From Longimicrobium sp. (lineage in GTDB: Bacteria; Gemmatimonadota; Gemmatimonadetes; Longimicrobiales; Longimicrobiaceae), in the NCBI RefSeq assembly GCF_036399935.1, contig NZ_DASWMD010000058.1:1-64000 (forward strand): a stretch of DNA of 64,000 bases, in the 5' to 3' direction. This document shows, in pieces, positions 36,256 through 46,497 of the stretch (its first letter is position 1; each line of letters opens with the position of its first letter). Under the pieces are notes generated by a model. The model had not been told where the DNA came from, made no database searches, and saw only the letters and a program-made list of their open reading frames with translations. The position numbers and the translations under genes were made by a program.

Positions 36256-38964
36256 TCACCTTCCGATCCAGTAGCTGGCTTTCACCTGGAAGACGTTCAC
36301 CGGCCGGTCGCGGAAGAGCGCGGAGCGCTCGCGGCTGAAATCGAAGTCGCCGAATGGGTCCGAGCCGGAGCGCTGCTGCGTCCACACGAAGAAGAGCGTC
36401 GAGCCCGGACGATACTCCCACCGCACCACCGCCGTTCCGCGCAACGAGCGGACGTTGAAGTTGGGGTTGGCGACCTCGAACCCCGCCGCGGGGCCGGTGC
36501 CGTCGGGGTCCACGAGGTACCGCGTGACCCGGCCCGTGGTGTCGCGGACCTCGCTCATCGTTCCCACGTCCCTCCCGTAGACCAGCGCGTCGGTGGTGCG
36601 CGGTGCCCGGTACTCGTTCAGGTCGCTGTAGCTGCCGCTCGCGAGGAGCGGCTGGGCGAACAGCTCGAGCGTCAGGTTGGGGGTGAAGGTCGCGTTGATG
36701 CGCGCGTTCATCGACAGGTTGTGCTGTTCGAGCCGCCCGAACACGCTCCGCACCCCGCCGAACTGCTTCGCCGTGGAATCCGCGATGTTGGTGACGAACG
36801 CCCGCGGGTCCACGTCCCACAGATACGACGGGCCCAGGCTGATGCGGATGTTCTCGGCCGGCTTGAGCACCAGGCTGGCGTTCCCCGTGACGAACCCGCC
36901 GTCGTCGGAGATGTTGGGGCCACCCTGCCCGCCCACCGTCCAGCTCACCCGCTTGCGGGTGTCGCCGCTCACCGTCGTCGAGAAGAGGTGGTACCCGGCG
37001 CTGCGGACGATCACCCCGCCACGGGTGCGGTACGGGTCGTACGTCGGCGGGTGGGTGATCACCAGGCCTCGTGCCTGGACGTAGTTGCGGAAGGTGATCT
37101 CCCCCGCGATCCCCCCCTGCAGGTCGGTGCGGTCGCCGTCGTAGTTGAGCTGCTGCTGCGCGGAGACGGTCAACGCCGCCCCGCGGTACCAGCGGGTGGG
37201 GTTCGTCCAGCTCCGCAGGACGCTGGCCTGCATCCACCGGAAGTCGGTGCGGGTGAGCGCGGCCAGGTCGTTCACCTCGAAGCCCGGGCTCCGCCAGTTC
37301 TGCGCGGTCTCCCACCGCCAGTTCCCGCTCTCCTTGGCGATCCGGGCGTACACCCCGTAGCCGCGCAGCGAGGTGCGGGCAGGATCGTAGCGGATGTCGA
37401 AGAGCCCGTCGCTGGTGGCCTTGCGGTCCGGGCGCTGAAAGTAGTGGGCGCTGGTGCGCTGGGTGCGCCGGAGCGCGCCGCTGTCTCCGGCCACGTTCGA
37501 GAACGCCACCTGTCCCGTGAACGAGTAGCCGCGCCCGCCCCAGTAGTGCTGGATGTCGGCGCCGGCGGCCTCGGCCCGGTGATGAAGCCGGCTGGTCAGC
37601 GCCGGGTCGCTCATGAACCGGCGGGTCATCGTGGTGATGAAGCCGATCCGCGTGTCGCCGTTCCGCAGGTCCTGCCGCACCCGGCCCACCAGGTAGTTGG
37701 TCATGGGCTCGATCTCGCGGCTGGCCGGTTCGTCCGTCGGCGTGGCCTGGGGAACGTAGCGCGCCGTGACCCCGTCCGTGAGCGCCTCGAGCACGGCGAC
37801 GGAGAGCCCGCCCCTGGTGCGGCCCGTGATCTTTGCGGCCCCCAGGATGGTCGCCGCGTCCGCGAAGTCGGCGTAGTTCCCCGGCTGCACCAGACCGGCG
37901 AGCTGCGGCGCCCGTCCGATCCGGCGCGTGTAGAACAGGTTGAGGCCCGACGCGTTGCTGCAGAGGTAGCAGCTCACCCCTCCGAACGAGAATCCCCCGG
38001 CGTTGGCCACGAAGAAGGGCCGCTTCTCCTGGAAGGTCGTCTCGAAGGCCGACAGGTTCACCACGGCCGGGTCCACCTCCACCTGCCCGAAGTCGGGATT
38101 CACCGTGGCATCCAGCGTAAAGCTGGAGCTCAGGCTGTAGCTGAGGTCGCCGCCGGCGCGCGTGCCCAGCTCCCGCCGGCTGCGGAACGGATTGCCGGCG
38201 GGCGGCTCCGCAAAGGTGCCCTTCTGCACCAGGTACGGCAGCAGCTCCAGGCGCCGCGGCTGCGCCGCCAGGGCCAGGCCGGTCACCGTGCCGAAGTATC
38301 CGGGTCCCCCCGGCTCGTTCCTCCGCCAGAACGCCCACATGCTCGACTCGTTGCGCCGCGCCAGCGTCCGCCACACCTGCAATCCCCAGCTCTGCAGCGA
38401 ATCGCGGGGAAAGCGGAGCTGGGAGAGGGGAATCTTGAACTCGGCGGTCCACCCCAGGGAATCGACGCGCGACGCACCCTCCCATACGGGATCGTAGGAG
38501 GCATCCGAGTTCAGCCGGTCGCCCTTTACGCCCAGCGGGTTCAGCTCGAACCAGACGCTCGTCTGGCGGTCGCGGTAGGGATCGAGCACCACCGCGATCT
38601 TGTCGGAGGCGTTGTCGTTGAGCAGCTGGTCGCGCCGCACCAGCAGCTTGCGCACCCCCGAGGGCCCCGCGGAGTCGAACATCCGGGCGCCGACGTACAC
38701 CGCGCTCGCGTCGTACAGCAGGCGGATCTCCGTGCGCTCGGTGGGCGCCGCTCCTTCGTCCGGCTGCTGCTGGCGGAAGTCGCCGGCCACCTCCGCCGCC
38801 ATCCACGCGGCATCGTCGAGCCGCCCGTCGATGACGATCGCGGAACTCCGGGCAACGGCGCGGACGGCGGGCCGGGGGTCGTTCTGCGACCCGGGCACCG
38901 GGGCCTGTGACACGAGCGGGGCGGAGACGAGGAGCGCGACGGCCGCGAGGGTTCCAGCATGCAT
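36256..38964 (-). CDS. Secreted carbohydrate-binding family 9 (CBM9)/DUF5916-family protein (about 900 aa)
   Basis: Signal peptide MHAGTLAAVALLVSAPLVSQA. N-terminal IVIDGRLDDAAW...TEIRLLYDASAVYVGARMFD (CBM9/DOMON-like). Long beta-rich body. Confidence 0.7.
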   Translation of the reverse strand: MHAGTLAAVALLVSAPLVSQAPVPGSQNDPRPAVRAVARSSAIVIDGRLDDAAWMAAEVAGDFRQQQPDEGAAPTERTEIRLLYDASAVYVGARMFDSAGPSGVRKLLVRRDQLLNDNASDKIAVVLDPYRDRQTSVWFELNPLGVKGDRLNSDASYDPVWEGASRVDSLGWTAEFKIPLSQLRFPRDSLQSWGLQVWRTLARRNESSMWAFWRRNEPGGPGYFGTVTGLALAAQPRRLELLPYLVQKGTFAEPPAGNPFRSRRELGTRAGGDLSYSLSSSFTLDATVNPDFGQVEVDPAVVNLSAFETTFQEKRPFFVANAGGFSFGGVSCYLCSNASGLNLFYTRRIGRAPQLAGLVQPGNYADFADAATILGAAKITGRTRGGLSVAVLEALTDGVTARYVPQATPTDEPASREIEPMTNYLVGRVRQDLRNGDTRIGFITTMTRRFMSDPALTSRLHHRAEAAGADIQHYWGGRGYSFTGQVAFSNVAGDSGALRRTQRTSAHYFQRPDRKATSDGLFDIRYDPARTSLRGYGVYARIAKESGNWRWETAQNWRSPGFEVNDLAALTRTDFRWMQASVLRSWTNPTRWYRGAALTVSAQQQLNYDGDRTDLQGGIAGEITFRNYVQARGLVITHPPTYDPYRTRGGVIVRSAGYHLFSTTVSGDTRKRVSWTVGGQGGPNISDDGGFVTGNASLVLKPAENIRISLGPSYLWDVDPRAFVTNIADSTAKQFGGVRSVFGRLEQHNLSMNARINATFTPNLTLELFAQPLLASGSYSDLNEYRAPRTTDALVYGRDVGTMSEVRDTTGRVTRYLVDPDGTGPAAGFEVANPNFNVRSLRGTAVVRWEYRPGSTLFFVWTQQRSGSDPFGDFDFSRERSALFRDRPVNVFQVKASYWIGR

Positions 38965-39140
38965 GGCAGCGGGGGATTCGGGACGTCCAGGCGGGCGAAG
39001 GAAGGGCCGCGGGTTCGGCCGCGCCGGGAGTATGGGTCCGGCCCGAATCCATCGCAACCGAGCCACGGCGGCGGGGGGGTGTCGGCGGCGTGGGGGAGGC
39101 GTATTGTTAGCCATCCTTTTCCCCGCCGCCCCGAGCGCCG

Positions 39141-40376
39141 ATGAAAACCTTCGCTCCCGTCCTCCTGCTCCTCGCCGCCTGCCAGGCTCCGGCTCCTGCT
39201 CCGGCCGCCGCCACCTCCCCCGCCGCGGCGACGGGGGTGCGCCCCGGCATCGAGACCTTCCTGGCGAACCTGCCGGCGGCGGTGCGGGGGAAGCGCGTGG
39301 GTCTCATCACCAACCACACCGGGATCGACCGGGCGCGGACGCCTGACATCGACCTGATCGCCCAGCACCCCGATCTGAACCTGGTGGCGCTCCTGGCTCC
39401 CGAGCACGGCATCCGGGGGAACGTGATGGACGGGGAGCACATCCAGGACGAGGTCGATGCGAAGACGGGGGTGCCGGTCTACTCCCTGTACCTGTCCGAG
39501 GACCGTGCCCCCACGCCGGCGATGCTCCAGGAGGTGGACGTGCTGGTGTACGACCTCCAGGAAGTCGGCGGGCGCACCTGGACGTACGTCTCCACCATGG
39601 CGCTCGCCATGCAGGCCGCCAAGGCAAAGGGGATCCCGTTCGTGGTGCTCGACCGGCCCAATCCCATCGGGGGCGAGATCGTGGAAGGCGCCCTTCTCGA
39701 TCCCCGGTTCGCGTCGTTCGTGGGGATGTACCCGATCCCGGCGCGCCACGGGATGACGGTGGGCGAGCTCGCCACCCTCTTCAACCAGAAGCACGGAATC
39801 GGCGCGAACCTCATCGTGGCGCGGGTGGCGGGCTGGCGGCGCTCGCAATGGCAGGACGAGACCGGGCTCCCCTGGGTGAACCCGTCTCCCAACCTGCGCT
39901 CCCTCGCGGCGCTGACGAGCTACCCCGGAACGGTGTACTTCGAGGGCACCACCGTCGCCGAGGGCCGGGGCACGGACCGCCCGTTCGAGCAGGTGGGGGC
40001 CTCGTGGCTCGACGCCCCGAGGGTCGCGGCCATCATGAACGCCAAGCAGCTCCCGGGGATCCGCTTCGAGGCGGTCACCCTGCCGATGGAGCCCACGGCG
40101 CGGAAGTTCCCGGGCCAGGCCATCCCCGGAATCCGCTTCGTCGTCACCGACCGGCAGGCGTACCGACCCGTGCGCACGGCGCTCCTGCTCATCGACGAGA
40201 TCCGCCGGCAGCACCCCGCCGACTTCGCGTGGACGCGGACCATCGACCGCCTCACCGGCTCCGACAGGGTGAGGCTCGCCATCGAAGGAGGCCGGCTCCT
40301 CCCCCTCCTGGACGAGTGGGACCGCGAGGCCGAGGAGTTCCGCGAGGCCCGCAAGCCCTACCTGCTCTACCCGTAG
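39141..40376 (+). CDS. namZ: DUF1343 / exo-beta-N-acetylmuramidase NamZ-like lipoprotein
   Basis: Lipobox LLLLAAC. GLITNHTGIDRARTP...PEHGIRG pattern of DUF1343 (GH171). Confidence 0.75.
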   Translation: MKTFAPVLLLLAACQAPAPAPAAATSPAAATGVRPGIETFLANLPAAVRGKRVGLITNHTGIDRARTPDIDLIAQHPDLNLVALLAPEHGIRGNVMDGEHIQDEVDAKTGVPVYSLYLSEDRAPTPAMLQEVDVLVYDLQEVGGRTWTYVSTMALAMQAAKAKGIPFVVLDRPNPIGGEIVEGALLDPRFASFVGMYPIPARHGMTVGELATLFNQKHGIGANLIVARVAGWRRSQWQDETGLPWVNPSPNLRSLAALTSYPGTVYFEGTTVAEGRGTDRPFEQVGASWLDAPRVAAIMNAKQLPGIRFEAVTLPMEPTARKFPGQAIPGIRFVVTDRQAYRPVRTALLLIDEIRRQHPADFAWTRTIDRLTGSDRVRLAIEGGRLLPLLDEWDREAEEFREARKPYLLYP

Positions 40377-40586
40377 CCTCGCCGGGGCTCACAGCCAGTT
40401 CCTGATCGTCGGCTGGCTCACTTCGGCAGGAACTCCGACCGGTGATGCAGTGGCTCGTGGTGCATCATTGGGGTTGCCATCTCAACAACGAAGGTCTCTG
40501 TCCCCGGAAGGTGGCATCCATCAGCTCCGCGCGTGATCGTACCGCGTGCCGACCTGATCGATGCCACCGAGCGAGAAAGGGCCCAG

Positions 40587-41933
40587 ATGACCGCCATCCT
40601 CCAGCGATTCACGCACGTCCGCCGGGACGAGGTCGGGCCGGTGCTCGCATCGGCGCTCTCCTTCTTCTTCATCCTCACCGCGCTGATGGTGCTGCGGCCC
40701 GCCCGGGAGGCGCTGGGGATGCAGCGGGGGATCGAGGCCATCCGCTGGCTCTTCGTGGGGACGGCGGTGGTCACCCTCGCGGTGAACCCGGTGTTCGGGC
40801 TACTGGTGAGCCGCACCCGCCGCCTCGTCTTCATCAGCGCCACCTACCTGTTCTTCGCCGCCAGCCTGCTGGTCTTCTACGCCCTGCTGGTGATGGCGCC
40901 GGCGGCCGTCGGCGAGACCAGCGGAATGGTCTTCTTCGTCTGGTTCAGCGTCTTCAACCTGTTCGCCACCATGGTGTTCTGGGGCCTGATGGCCGACCGC
41001 TTCTCGCTGGAGCAGGGCAAGCGGCTCTTCGGGGTGATCGCGGTGGGAGGCACGCTGGGCGCCATCGCCGGCCCCTGGCTGGCGTCGCGGCTGGCGGAGC
41101 CGCTGGGGACCGCCGGGCTCCTGCTGGTGGCGGCGGGTTCGCTGGGGCTGGCGGTGCTCTCGGTGCGGGCGGTGGCGCACCTGCAGCCGGAGCGTGCCCG
41201 CCCCGCGGCCCTGGACGACGCCGGGGCGCCCCCCGCGGTGGAGGAGCGCGCGGTGATCGGCGGGAGCGCGTGGGACGGGCTGCGGGCGGTGTTCCGCTCC
41301 CCGTACCTGCTCGGCATTGCGGCGTTCGTGCTGATCATGGCGGTGATCGCCACCTTCCTCTACTTCACCCGCCTGCAGATGGTGGCCGCGCTGGGCGAGG
41401 GCCTGGACATGCGCACCACGGTCTTCGCGCGGATGGACCTCTACGTGCAGCTCACCACCCTGGTGCTGCAGGCGCTGGTGGCGGGGAAGCTGATGAAGCA
41501 TCTCGGCGTCCCGGTGACGCTGGCGCTGCTGCCGATCACCGCGGCGCTGGGCTTCCTGGGGCTGGTGCTGGTGGCCTCGCTGGCGACGCTGGTGGTCTTC
41601 CAGGCGGCGTTCAACGCGGTGGACCGCGCCCTCATGCGCCCCGCGCGCGAAACGCTCTTCACCGTGGTGAGCCGCGCCGACAAGTACAAGTCCAAGGCCT
41701 TCATCGACACCTTCGTCTACCGCGGCGGCGACGTGGTGGGCGCGCAGGTGGAGGGGGTGCTGGGGCGCCTGGGGACGGGGCTCGCGGCGCTGGTCTCGGT
41801 CTCGGTGCCGCTTGCCGTCGCCTGGGCCGCCCTCGGCATCTGGCTCGGCCGGCGGCAGGAGCGGCAGGCGGAGCACCGCCCCGCGGCGGCCCCGGTGGAG
41901 ACCCCCGCGCACGCCGGGGCGGTCGCGCTCTAG
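40587..41933 (+). CDS. TLC/NTT-like MFS transporter (Npt1/Npt2-type)
   Basis: Pattern FFFILTALMVLRPAREALG and VFWGLMADRFSLEQGKRLFGVIAVGGTLGAIAGPWL, characteristic of ATP:ADP antiporter-like MFS proteins. Start is 40533 (GTG) or 40587 (ATG). Confidence 0.65.
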   Translation: MTAILQRFTHVRRDEVGPVLASALSFFFILTALMVLRPAREALGMQRGIEAIRWLFVGTAVVTLAVNPVFGLLVSRTRRLVFISATYLFFAASLLVFYALLVMAPAAVGETSGMVFFVWFSVFNLFATMVFWGLMADRFSLEQGKRLFGVIAVGGTLGAIAGPWLASRLAEPLGTAGLLLVAAGSLGLAVLSVRAVAHLQPERARPAALDDAGAPPAVEERAVIGGSAWDGLRAVFRSPYLLGIAAFVLIMAVIATFLYFTRLQMVAALGEGLDMRTTVFARMDLYVQLTTLVLQALVAGKLMKHLGVPVTLALLPITAALGFLGLVLVASLATLVVFQAAFNAVDRALMRPARETLFTVVSRADKYKSKAFIDTFVYRGGDVVGAQVEGVLGRLGTGLAALVSVSVPLAVAWAALGIWLGRRQERQAEHRPAAAPVETPAHAGAVAL

Positions 41934-42053
41934 CCCGTTCGATCCCCATCCCTCACTCCCTGCGCGCTCCCATTGACTCGGTCCGAAGGAGGGTCGCAGG
42001 ATGTCAGCTATCCTTTTCGCCCAACGTTGGGCACGCCAGCACCACGGGACCGA

Positions 42054-42851
42054 ATGGAGATCCGGGTTCTGATCGTCGATGACGAGGCCCTCGCACGCGA
42101 GCGAATCCGCTCGCTGCTGGATCCGGAGACGGGCTTCCGTGTCGTGGGAGAGGCGGAGAACGGCTCCGCGGCGGCGGCCGCGGTCCGGGAGCTGTCGCCC
42201 GACCTCGTCTTCCTCGACATCCAGATGCCTGGCCTGGACGGCTTCGGGGTCGTAGAGGAGGTCGGCGTGAGGAACATGCCGCTGACCGTGTTCGTGACCG
42301 CCTTCGATCAGCATGCCCTACGAGCCTTCGACGTCCACGCGCTGGACTATCTCCTGAAGCCGTTCGACCGCGAACGCTTCCTCGAAACCCTGGGCCGCGT
42401 TCGCGATCAGCTTTCCCAACGCAACCAGGCGCTGATCACCGACAGGCTCGAGCAGGTCCTGCAGACGCTGAACCGGGGTTCCTCGTTCGTGGACCAGTTC
42501 ACGATCCGGACCGGAGTGCGGCACACGATCGTACACGTGGAGGACGTCAACCTCATCACGTCCGAGGGGAACTACCTGCGGCTCCACACCGCCGGGAAGT
42601 CGTACCTGCTTCGCGAGCAGATGGGCCGCATCGAGGAGCAGCTCGATCCGGGCGAGTTCGTGCGGATCCACCGCTCGACGATCGTACGCACCTCCCTGAT
42701 CACCGAAGTCGAATCCGTCTTCCAGGGGGAGTACGTCGTGATCTTGCGGGACGGAACGAGGTTGGGTTCCAGCCGGGGCTGCCGGGAGAAGCTCGAGAGA
42801 GCCGTGCGCATCGTCCCCGGCCGGGACGTGCCGTCCACCCCCTCCCCGTGA
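42054..42851 (+). CDS. LytTR-family response regulator
   Basis: Receiver domain (VLIVDDE, FLDIQMPGLDG) plus a C-terminal LytTR DNA-binding domain (IRTGVRHTIVHVEDVNLITSEGNYLRLHT). Confidence 0.85.
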   Translation: MEIRVLIVDDEALARERIRSLLDPETGFRVVGEAENGSAAAAAVRELSPDLVFLDIQMPGLDGFGVVEEVGVRNMPLTVFVTAFDQHALRAFDVHALDYLLKPFDRERFLETLGRVRDQLSQRNQALITDRLEQVLQTLNRGSSFVDQFTIRTGVRHTIVHVEDVNLITSEGNYLRLHTAGKSYLLREQMGRIEEQLDPGEFVRIHRSTIVRTSLITEVESVFQGEYVVILRDGTRLGSSRGCREKLERAVRIVPGRDVPSTPSP

Positions 42852-43939
42852 TGATGAAGCGGCCCGCGGACGAGCACCGCACCGTGCGATCGTCCCTGTA
42901 TTGGCCCGCGGCGGCCTTTGCGGGATGGTCGCTTCTCGGGCTCATCACGAGCCTGATGACGCTGATCAGTTTCCGGATTACCGGTGAGCCCCGATCTGCC
43001 GCGGATGCCTTCGCGATGGGGATGACCGACATGTACATGTGGGGCCTGCTCGGCGCGGCGGCCCTTTTCCTGTCCCGCGGGATCAGCTTCGAGAGGTTCG
43101 GCTGGACGTCCGTGGTCCTGTTGAACCTGGCTGCCGGGATCACTCTCCTGCTGGCCCGCTATCCCGTCGAGCGCCAGATCCTGGGCTGGGCGGGGATTCG
43201 GAGCGGACCACTCGTCCAGGCCGTTACCCGTAGCTTCCCCCCCAGGCTGCTGACCTATCTGGGCCTGCTCCTGGCAAGCTACGGGTGGGTCTACATCATC
43301 AAGCACCGCGAGCGCGAGGTGCGGGAGGTCCAGCTGCGCGAGGAGCTGGTCCGGGCACAGCTCGGCAGGCTCAAGGCGCAGCTGGAGCCACACTTCCTCT
43401 TCAACGCGCTGCATTCCATATCGACGCTGCTGCACCGCGACCCCGAGGCTGCCGACCGGATGCTCAGCCGGCTCGCGGAGCACCTGCGGACATCGATACG
43501 AGGCACCGACACCCACCTCGTCGAGCTCGAGCAGGAGGTTGCGGAGCTGCAGCCCTATCTCGAAATCGAAGCGATCCGGTTCGGCCAGCGGCTGAGGCTC
43601 ACGATCGAGGTCAGGTGCTCGAGCCGTCTTCTCGTTCCGCACATGACCCTGCAGCCCCTGGTGGAGAACGCGATCCGGCACGGCATCGCCCCATCCGTGC
43701 AGGGCGGGCACGTGCAGATCCGGGCGGAGCAGCTCGATGATCGCGTGGTGATCACCGTCGAGGATGATGGTGTGGGGATCGCGGCGAAGCGCGGTACCTC
43801 CGGGCACGGGGTCGGGTTGGCGAACCTGCGGGCCCGGCTCCAGCACCTCTACGGGCCGGATCAGAGTCTCGACGTGTCGCCGCGCGTCGGCGCAGGCACG
43901 GCGGTACGCGTGACGCTCCCGGCCCGGACGGCCGAGTGA
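42848..43939 (+). CDS. LytS/YehU-type sensor histidine kinase
   Basis: ATGA overlap with the regulator. N-terminal TM helices. His_kinase motif LEPHFLFNALHSISTLL. HATPase_c NAIRHGI...DDGVGI. Confidence 0.8.
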   Translation: MMMKRPADEHRTVRSSLYWPAAAFAGWSLLGLITSLMTLISFRITGEPRSAADAFAMGMTDMYMWGLLGAAALFLSRGISFERFGWTSVVLLNLAAGITLLLARYPVERQILGWAGIRSGPLVQAVTRSFPPRLLTYLGLLLASYGWVYIIKHREREVREVQLREELVRAQLGRLKAQLEPHFLFNALHSISTLLHRDPEAADRMLSRLAEHLRTSIRGTDTHLVELEQEVAELQPYLEIEAIRFGQRLRLTIEVRCSSRLLVPHMTLQPLVENAIRHGIAPSVQGGHVQIRAEQLDDRVVITVEDDGVGIAAKRGTSGHGVGLANLRARLQHLYGPDQSLDVSPRVGAGTAVRVTLPARTAE

Positions 43940-43994
43940 TCCCCGGCCCGGCTGGTGTCCCTCCCGGAGCCGCCGCACGCCGCTCGGGGTTCGA

Positions 43995-44654
43995 TCAGCG
44001 CTGCGGCCGGAGACGGGCCAGCAGCTGCTGGAAGCCGGAGCCCATCACCTGCGTCACCCCCGCCTCATCGACCACGAACTCCGTCACCAGCGATGTGTTG
44101 CCCACGCGGAACCGGGTCTCCGAGAGGGGCGTGAGGACGGCTTCCTGCCCCATCCTCCGGATCAGTGTGTCTCCCTCGAGGCGGACCTCGACGGTGAGAT
44201 CGTTTCGGCCCATCTGCCCCGGGATGAATTCGTAGGTGCCCACGTAGCGCTCGAGCACCGGCCTGGGAACACGCACCGTGGCGGCCGGCGGCGGCGGCGG
44301 CGCCGCGGGAGAGCCCTTGCGGGGGAGCCGAAACTCCATGTCCACGCCGTCGCTGACGACCTGCGTCATCCCGCCCGCCTGGTCGGCTACGAACTCCGCC
44401 GTGAACACGGCGCCGATCCTGAACAGGGTCTCGGAGATCGGCACGAAGGCAAACCACTGTCCCTGTGCCTCCCGGACGAGGGTGTCTCCCTGGAGGAGGA
44501 CCTTGATGGTGTTCCCGTTCTGATCGTACTCGCCCACGTACCGCTCGAGCACCGCCCTGGGAACGCGCACGGGTGCCTGCGCCTGCATGGGCCCGGGCGC
44601 GATCGCGAGCGCGAGCACACCTGCCGCGATCGCGGCGTATCGACGGTTGATCAT
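43995..44654 (-). CDS. Secreted protein with two tandem DUF3471-like repeats
   Basis: Signal peptide MINRRYAAIAAGVLALAIAPGPMQAQA. Two VLERYVG(E/T)Y... modules. The long N-terminal extension of the ORF is spurious. Confidence 0.55.
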   Translation of the reverse strand: MINRRYAAIAAGVLALAIAPGPMQAQAPVRVPRAVLERYVGEYDQNGNTIKVLLQGDTLVREAQGQWFAFVPISETLFRIGAVFTAEFVADQAGGMTQVVSDGVDMEFRLPRKGSPAAPPPPPAATVRVPRPVLERYVGTYEFIPGQMGRNDLTVEVRLEGDTLIRRMGQEAVLTPLSETRFRVGNTSLVTEFVVDEAGVTQVMGSGFQQLLARLRPQR

Positions 44655-44671
44655 TTCGATCCTTCCTCTTC

Positions 44672-45946
44672 TCAGCGGATGCGTGATGCCTGGGCCTTCT
44701 GGCTGCCCTGCTCGTAGATGAGACCGGTGGCCCTTCCGGTGCTGTCGAGCTGGAACTCGACGAAATTGGGGCCCAGCTGGAAGCGGGTTTCCGAGCGCCC
44801 GTAGACGACGGTGTCCGGATTGGAACCCACCTTCGCCACCAGCATCGTCCCGTAGCGGCGGAAGTTCAGGATGACGCCGCCCGAGGTCCTGTACTCGCCC
44901 ACGTAGCGGTCGAGGACGGCCGCCGGCAGCACGAGCGAACCCGGGGGACCGTGGCCCGCCTGCGGCGGAGCCGCGAGCGTAGCCGGCGGAAACGAGTCGA
45001 TCAGCTCCGCCATGCGCCGGCGCGTCGCCTCGTCGGGCAGGCGCCCGATGCCGCCGCCGATGTTGTCGAGCATGTGCGTGGCCTTGGTCGTTCCCACACG
45101 GGCCACGGTGACGGCCGGGTGGCTGATCACGTACTTGATGAAGAACTGCGCCCAGGTCCGGGCGTCGAACTCGGCGGCCCACTCCGGAAGGGGGCGGTTG
45201 GCGACGCGCGTAAAGAGGCTGGTGCCGCTGGGGGTGCAGCTGACTCCCCCCGCGTTGCCGAAGGGGAAGAACGCCATCACGCCGATCTTCCGCTCCAGGG
45301 CGAGCGGCAGGATGGTGTCCTCGACGCGCGCGCGATTGCCCACGTCGTAGTCGACGCCGATGAAGTCGATCGGCTCGCTGCGCATGACCGACTCGAGCTG
45401 GGGATACACGGGGTCGCCGATCACCTGCACGCCGATGTACCGGACGCGCCCGGCCGCCTTCTCCGCCTTCAGGGCGGCGAGGTGCATCGGGTCGCCCTGG
45501 GGGGGCAGCATGACCAGGTCCAGCCTGGGCACCTTGAGCCGCGCCAGCAGCGTCTCGACGTGGGTCTTCACGGAGTCGGGGCCGAGCTGCGCCGGGCCGG
45601 GGGGCGTACCGCGCGTGGACCAGAAGAGCCTGTTCCGGATCCCGAGCTCGTTCGCAAACGCGGCGTGCAGCTGCTCCGCGGCCGCGTTGCCATGCTGCGC
45701 GTCGTAGACGGTGCCGCCGTTGTCGGCAAACGTCTTGAGGACCTCCTTGAGCGCGGCGGGATCCGCGCACCCCGCGTGGTTCGAGAACGAGAGTCCAACG
45801 ACCGGCAGCATCTCGCCGGAGGACGGAATGGCGCGCTGGAGGAGCGTTCCGCCCGCCTGCCGGACCGCGCGGAGCAGCTCCGGCGTGAGCGACAGCGTAG
45901 CGCCGGCGCCGAGGGCGATTCCGAAAAACTCGCGACGGTTGACCAT
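44672..45946 (-). CDS. Tat-secreted aldo/keto reductase with C-terminal DUF3471-like domain
   Basis: Twin-arginine-like N-terminus MVNRREFFGIALGAGA. AKR core. C-terminal VLDRYVGEY module. Confidence 0.7.
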   Translation of the reverse strand: MVNRREFFGIALGAGATLSLTPELLRAVRQAGGTLLQRAIPSSGEMLPVVGLSFSNHAGCADPAALKEVLKTFADNGGTVYDAQHGNAAAEQLHAAFANELGIRNRLFWSTRGTPPGPAQLGPDSVKTHVETLLARLKVPRLDLVMLPPQGDPMHLAALKAEKAAGRVRYIGVQVIGDPVYPQLESVMRSEPIDFIGVDYDVGNRARVEDTILPLALERKIGVMAFFPFGNAGGVSCTPSGTSLFTRVANRPLPEWAAEFDARTWAQFFIKYVISHPAVTVARVGTTKATHMLDNIGGGIGRLPDEATRRRMAELIDSFPPATLAAPPQAGHGPPGSLVLPAAVLDRYVGEYRTSGGVILNFRRYGTMLVAKVGSNPDTVVYGRSETRFQLGPNFVEFQLDSTGRATGLIYEQGSQKAQASRIR

Positions 45947-46292
45947 GGGGGCCTCAGGTTGGGGTTCTCGGGACTGCGCATGGGCCGCGGCGGCCGGTGA
46001 GCCTCCCCGGGTGCCGCGCATCCGTGCTTGCCTCGGGCCGACGCGCGACGCGGGAATACGCCCGGCGGCATGGAACAGGGATAGCTGCACCGGGCGTCCA
46101 CGCCAACCCCGCGGGGATGGACCTCCTTGTTTTCGGGATCGATCTCCTCCATCCGCACGCTTCTTCACATCCACCGGCATCGGCCCGGCCACGATGCCCC
46201 GTCTCGCCTCGCGTGCGCGGCGCCTGCGCGCCGAGCCGGGCCGGCGCCGGATCCGGCGCATCGGCAGCCTACCCGGTCCGAAGAGCAGAGGG

Positions 46293-46375
46293 TCCCCGGC
46301 ACGCCGGAGACCCTCCTCATCCACATCCCCCCTCGCGCCCGCCGGGCCCTGGCCGACCTCGCCAGCCCGGGCCCG
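46293..46375. repeat. About 80-bp intergenic repeat, copy 1
   Basis: ccggcacgccggagaccctcc...gacctcgccagcccg is shared with 49577..49660. Confidence 0.55.
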
Positions 46376-46378
46376 CCG

Positions 46379-46480
46379 CTATCCCACCCTCGGGCCGCAC
46401 TCGCAGTAGCCGCAGGCCTGGCACTTCTTGCAGCCTCCGGCGAACTCCAGTTGGCGGCTCCAGCCGGGGCAGGAGAGCAT
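46379..46480 (-). CDS. Cys-rich mini-ORF (33 aa), candidate small peptide
   Basis: MLSCPGWSRQLEFAGGCKKCQACGYCECGPRVG has six Cys. 30 of 33 codons end in G or C, consistent with coding in this genome. No clear Shine-Dalgarno. Lies between the AKR and M1 peptidase genes. Confidence 0.3.
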   Translation of the reverse strand: MLSCPGWSRQLEFAGGCKKCQACGYCECGPRVG

Positions 46481-46497
46481 GAAGGGGCCGCGCAGCT

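Noticed and set aside
36211-38910. ORF 36211..38910 (+) 899 aa opposite the CBM9/DUF5916 gene
   Set aside because: Antisense GC artefact. The minus-strand protein has a signal peptide and a CBM9-like domain.
43995-46324. N-terminal extensions of ORFs 43995..45770 and 44672..46324 upstream of their signal peptides
   Set aside because: Both extensions are R/G/P-rich and would place the Sec/Tat signal peptides internally. Internal ATGs immediately before the signal sequences give sensible gene starts (44654 and 45946).
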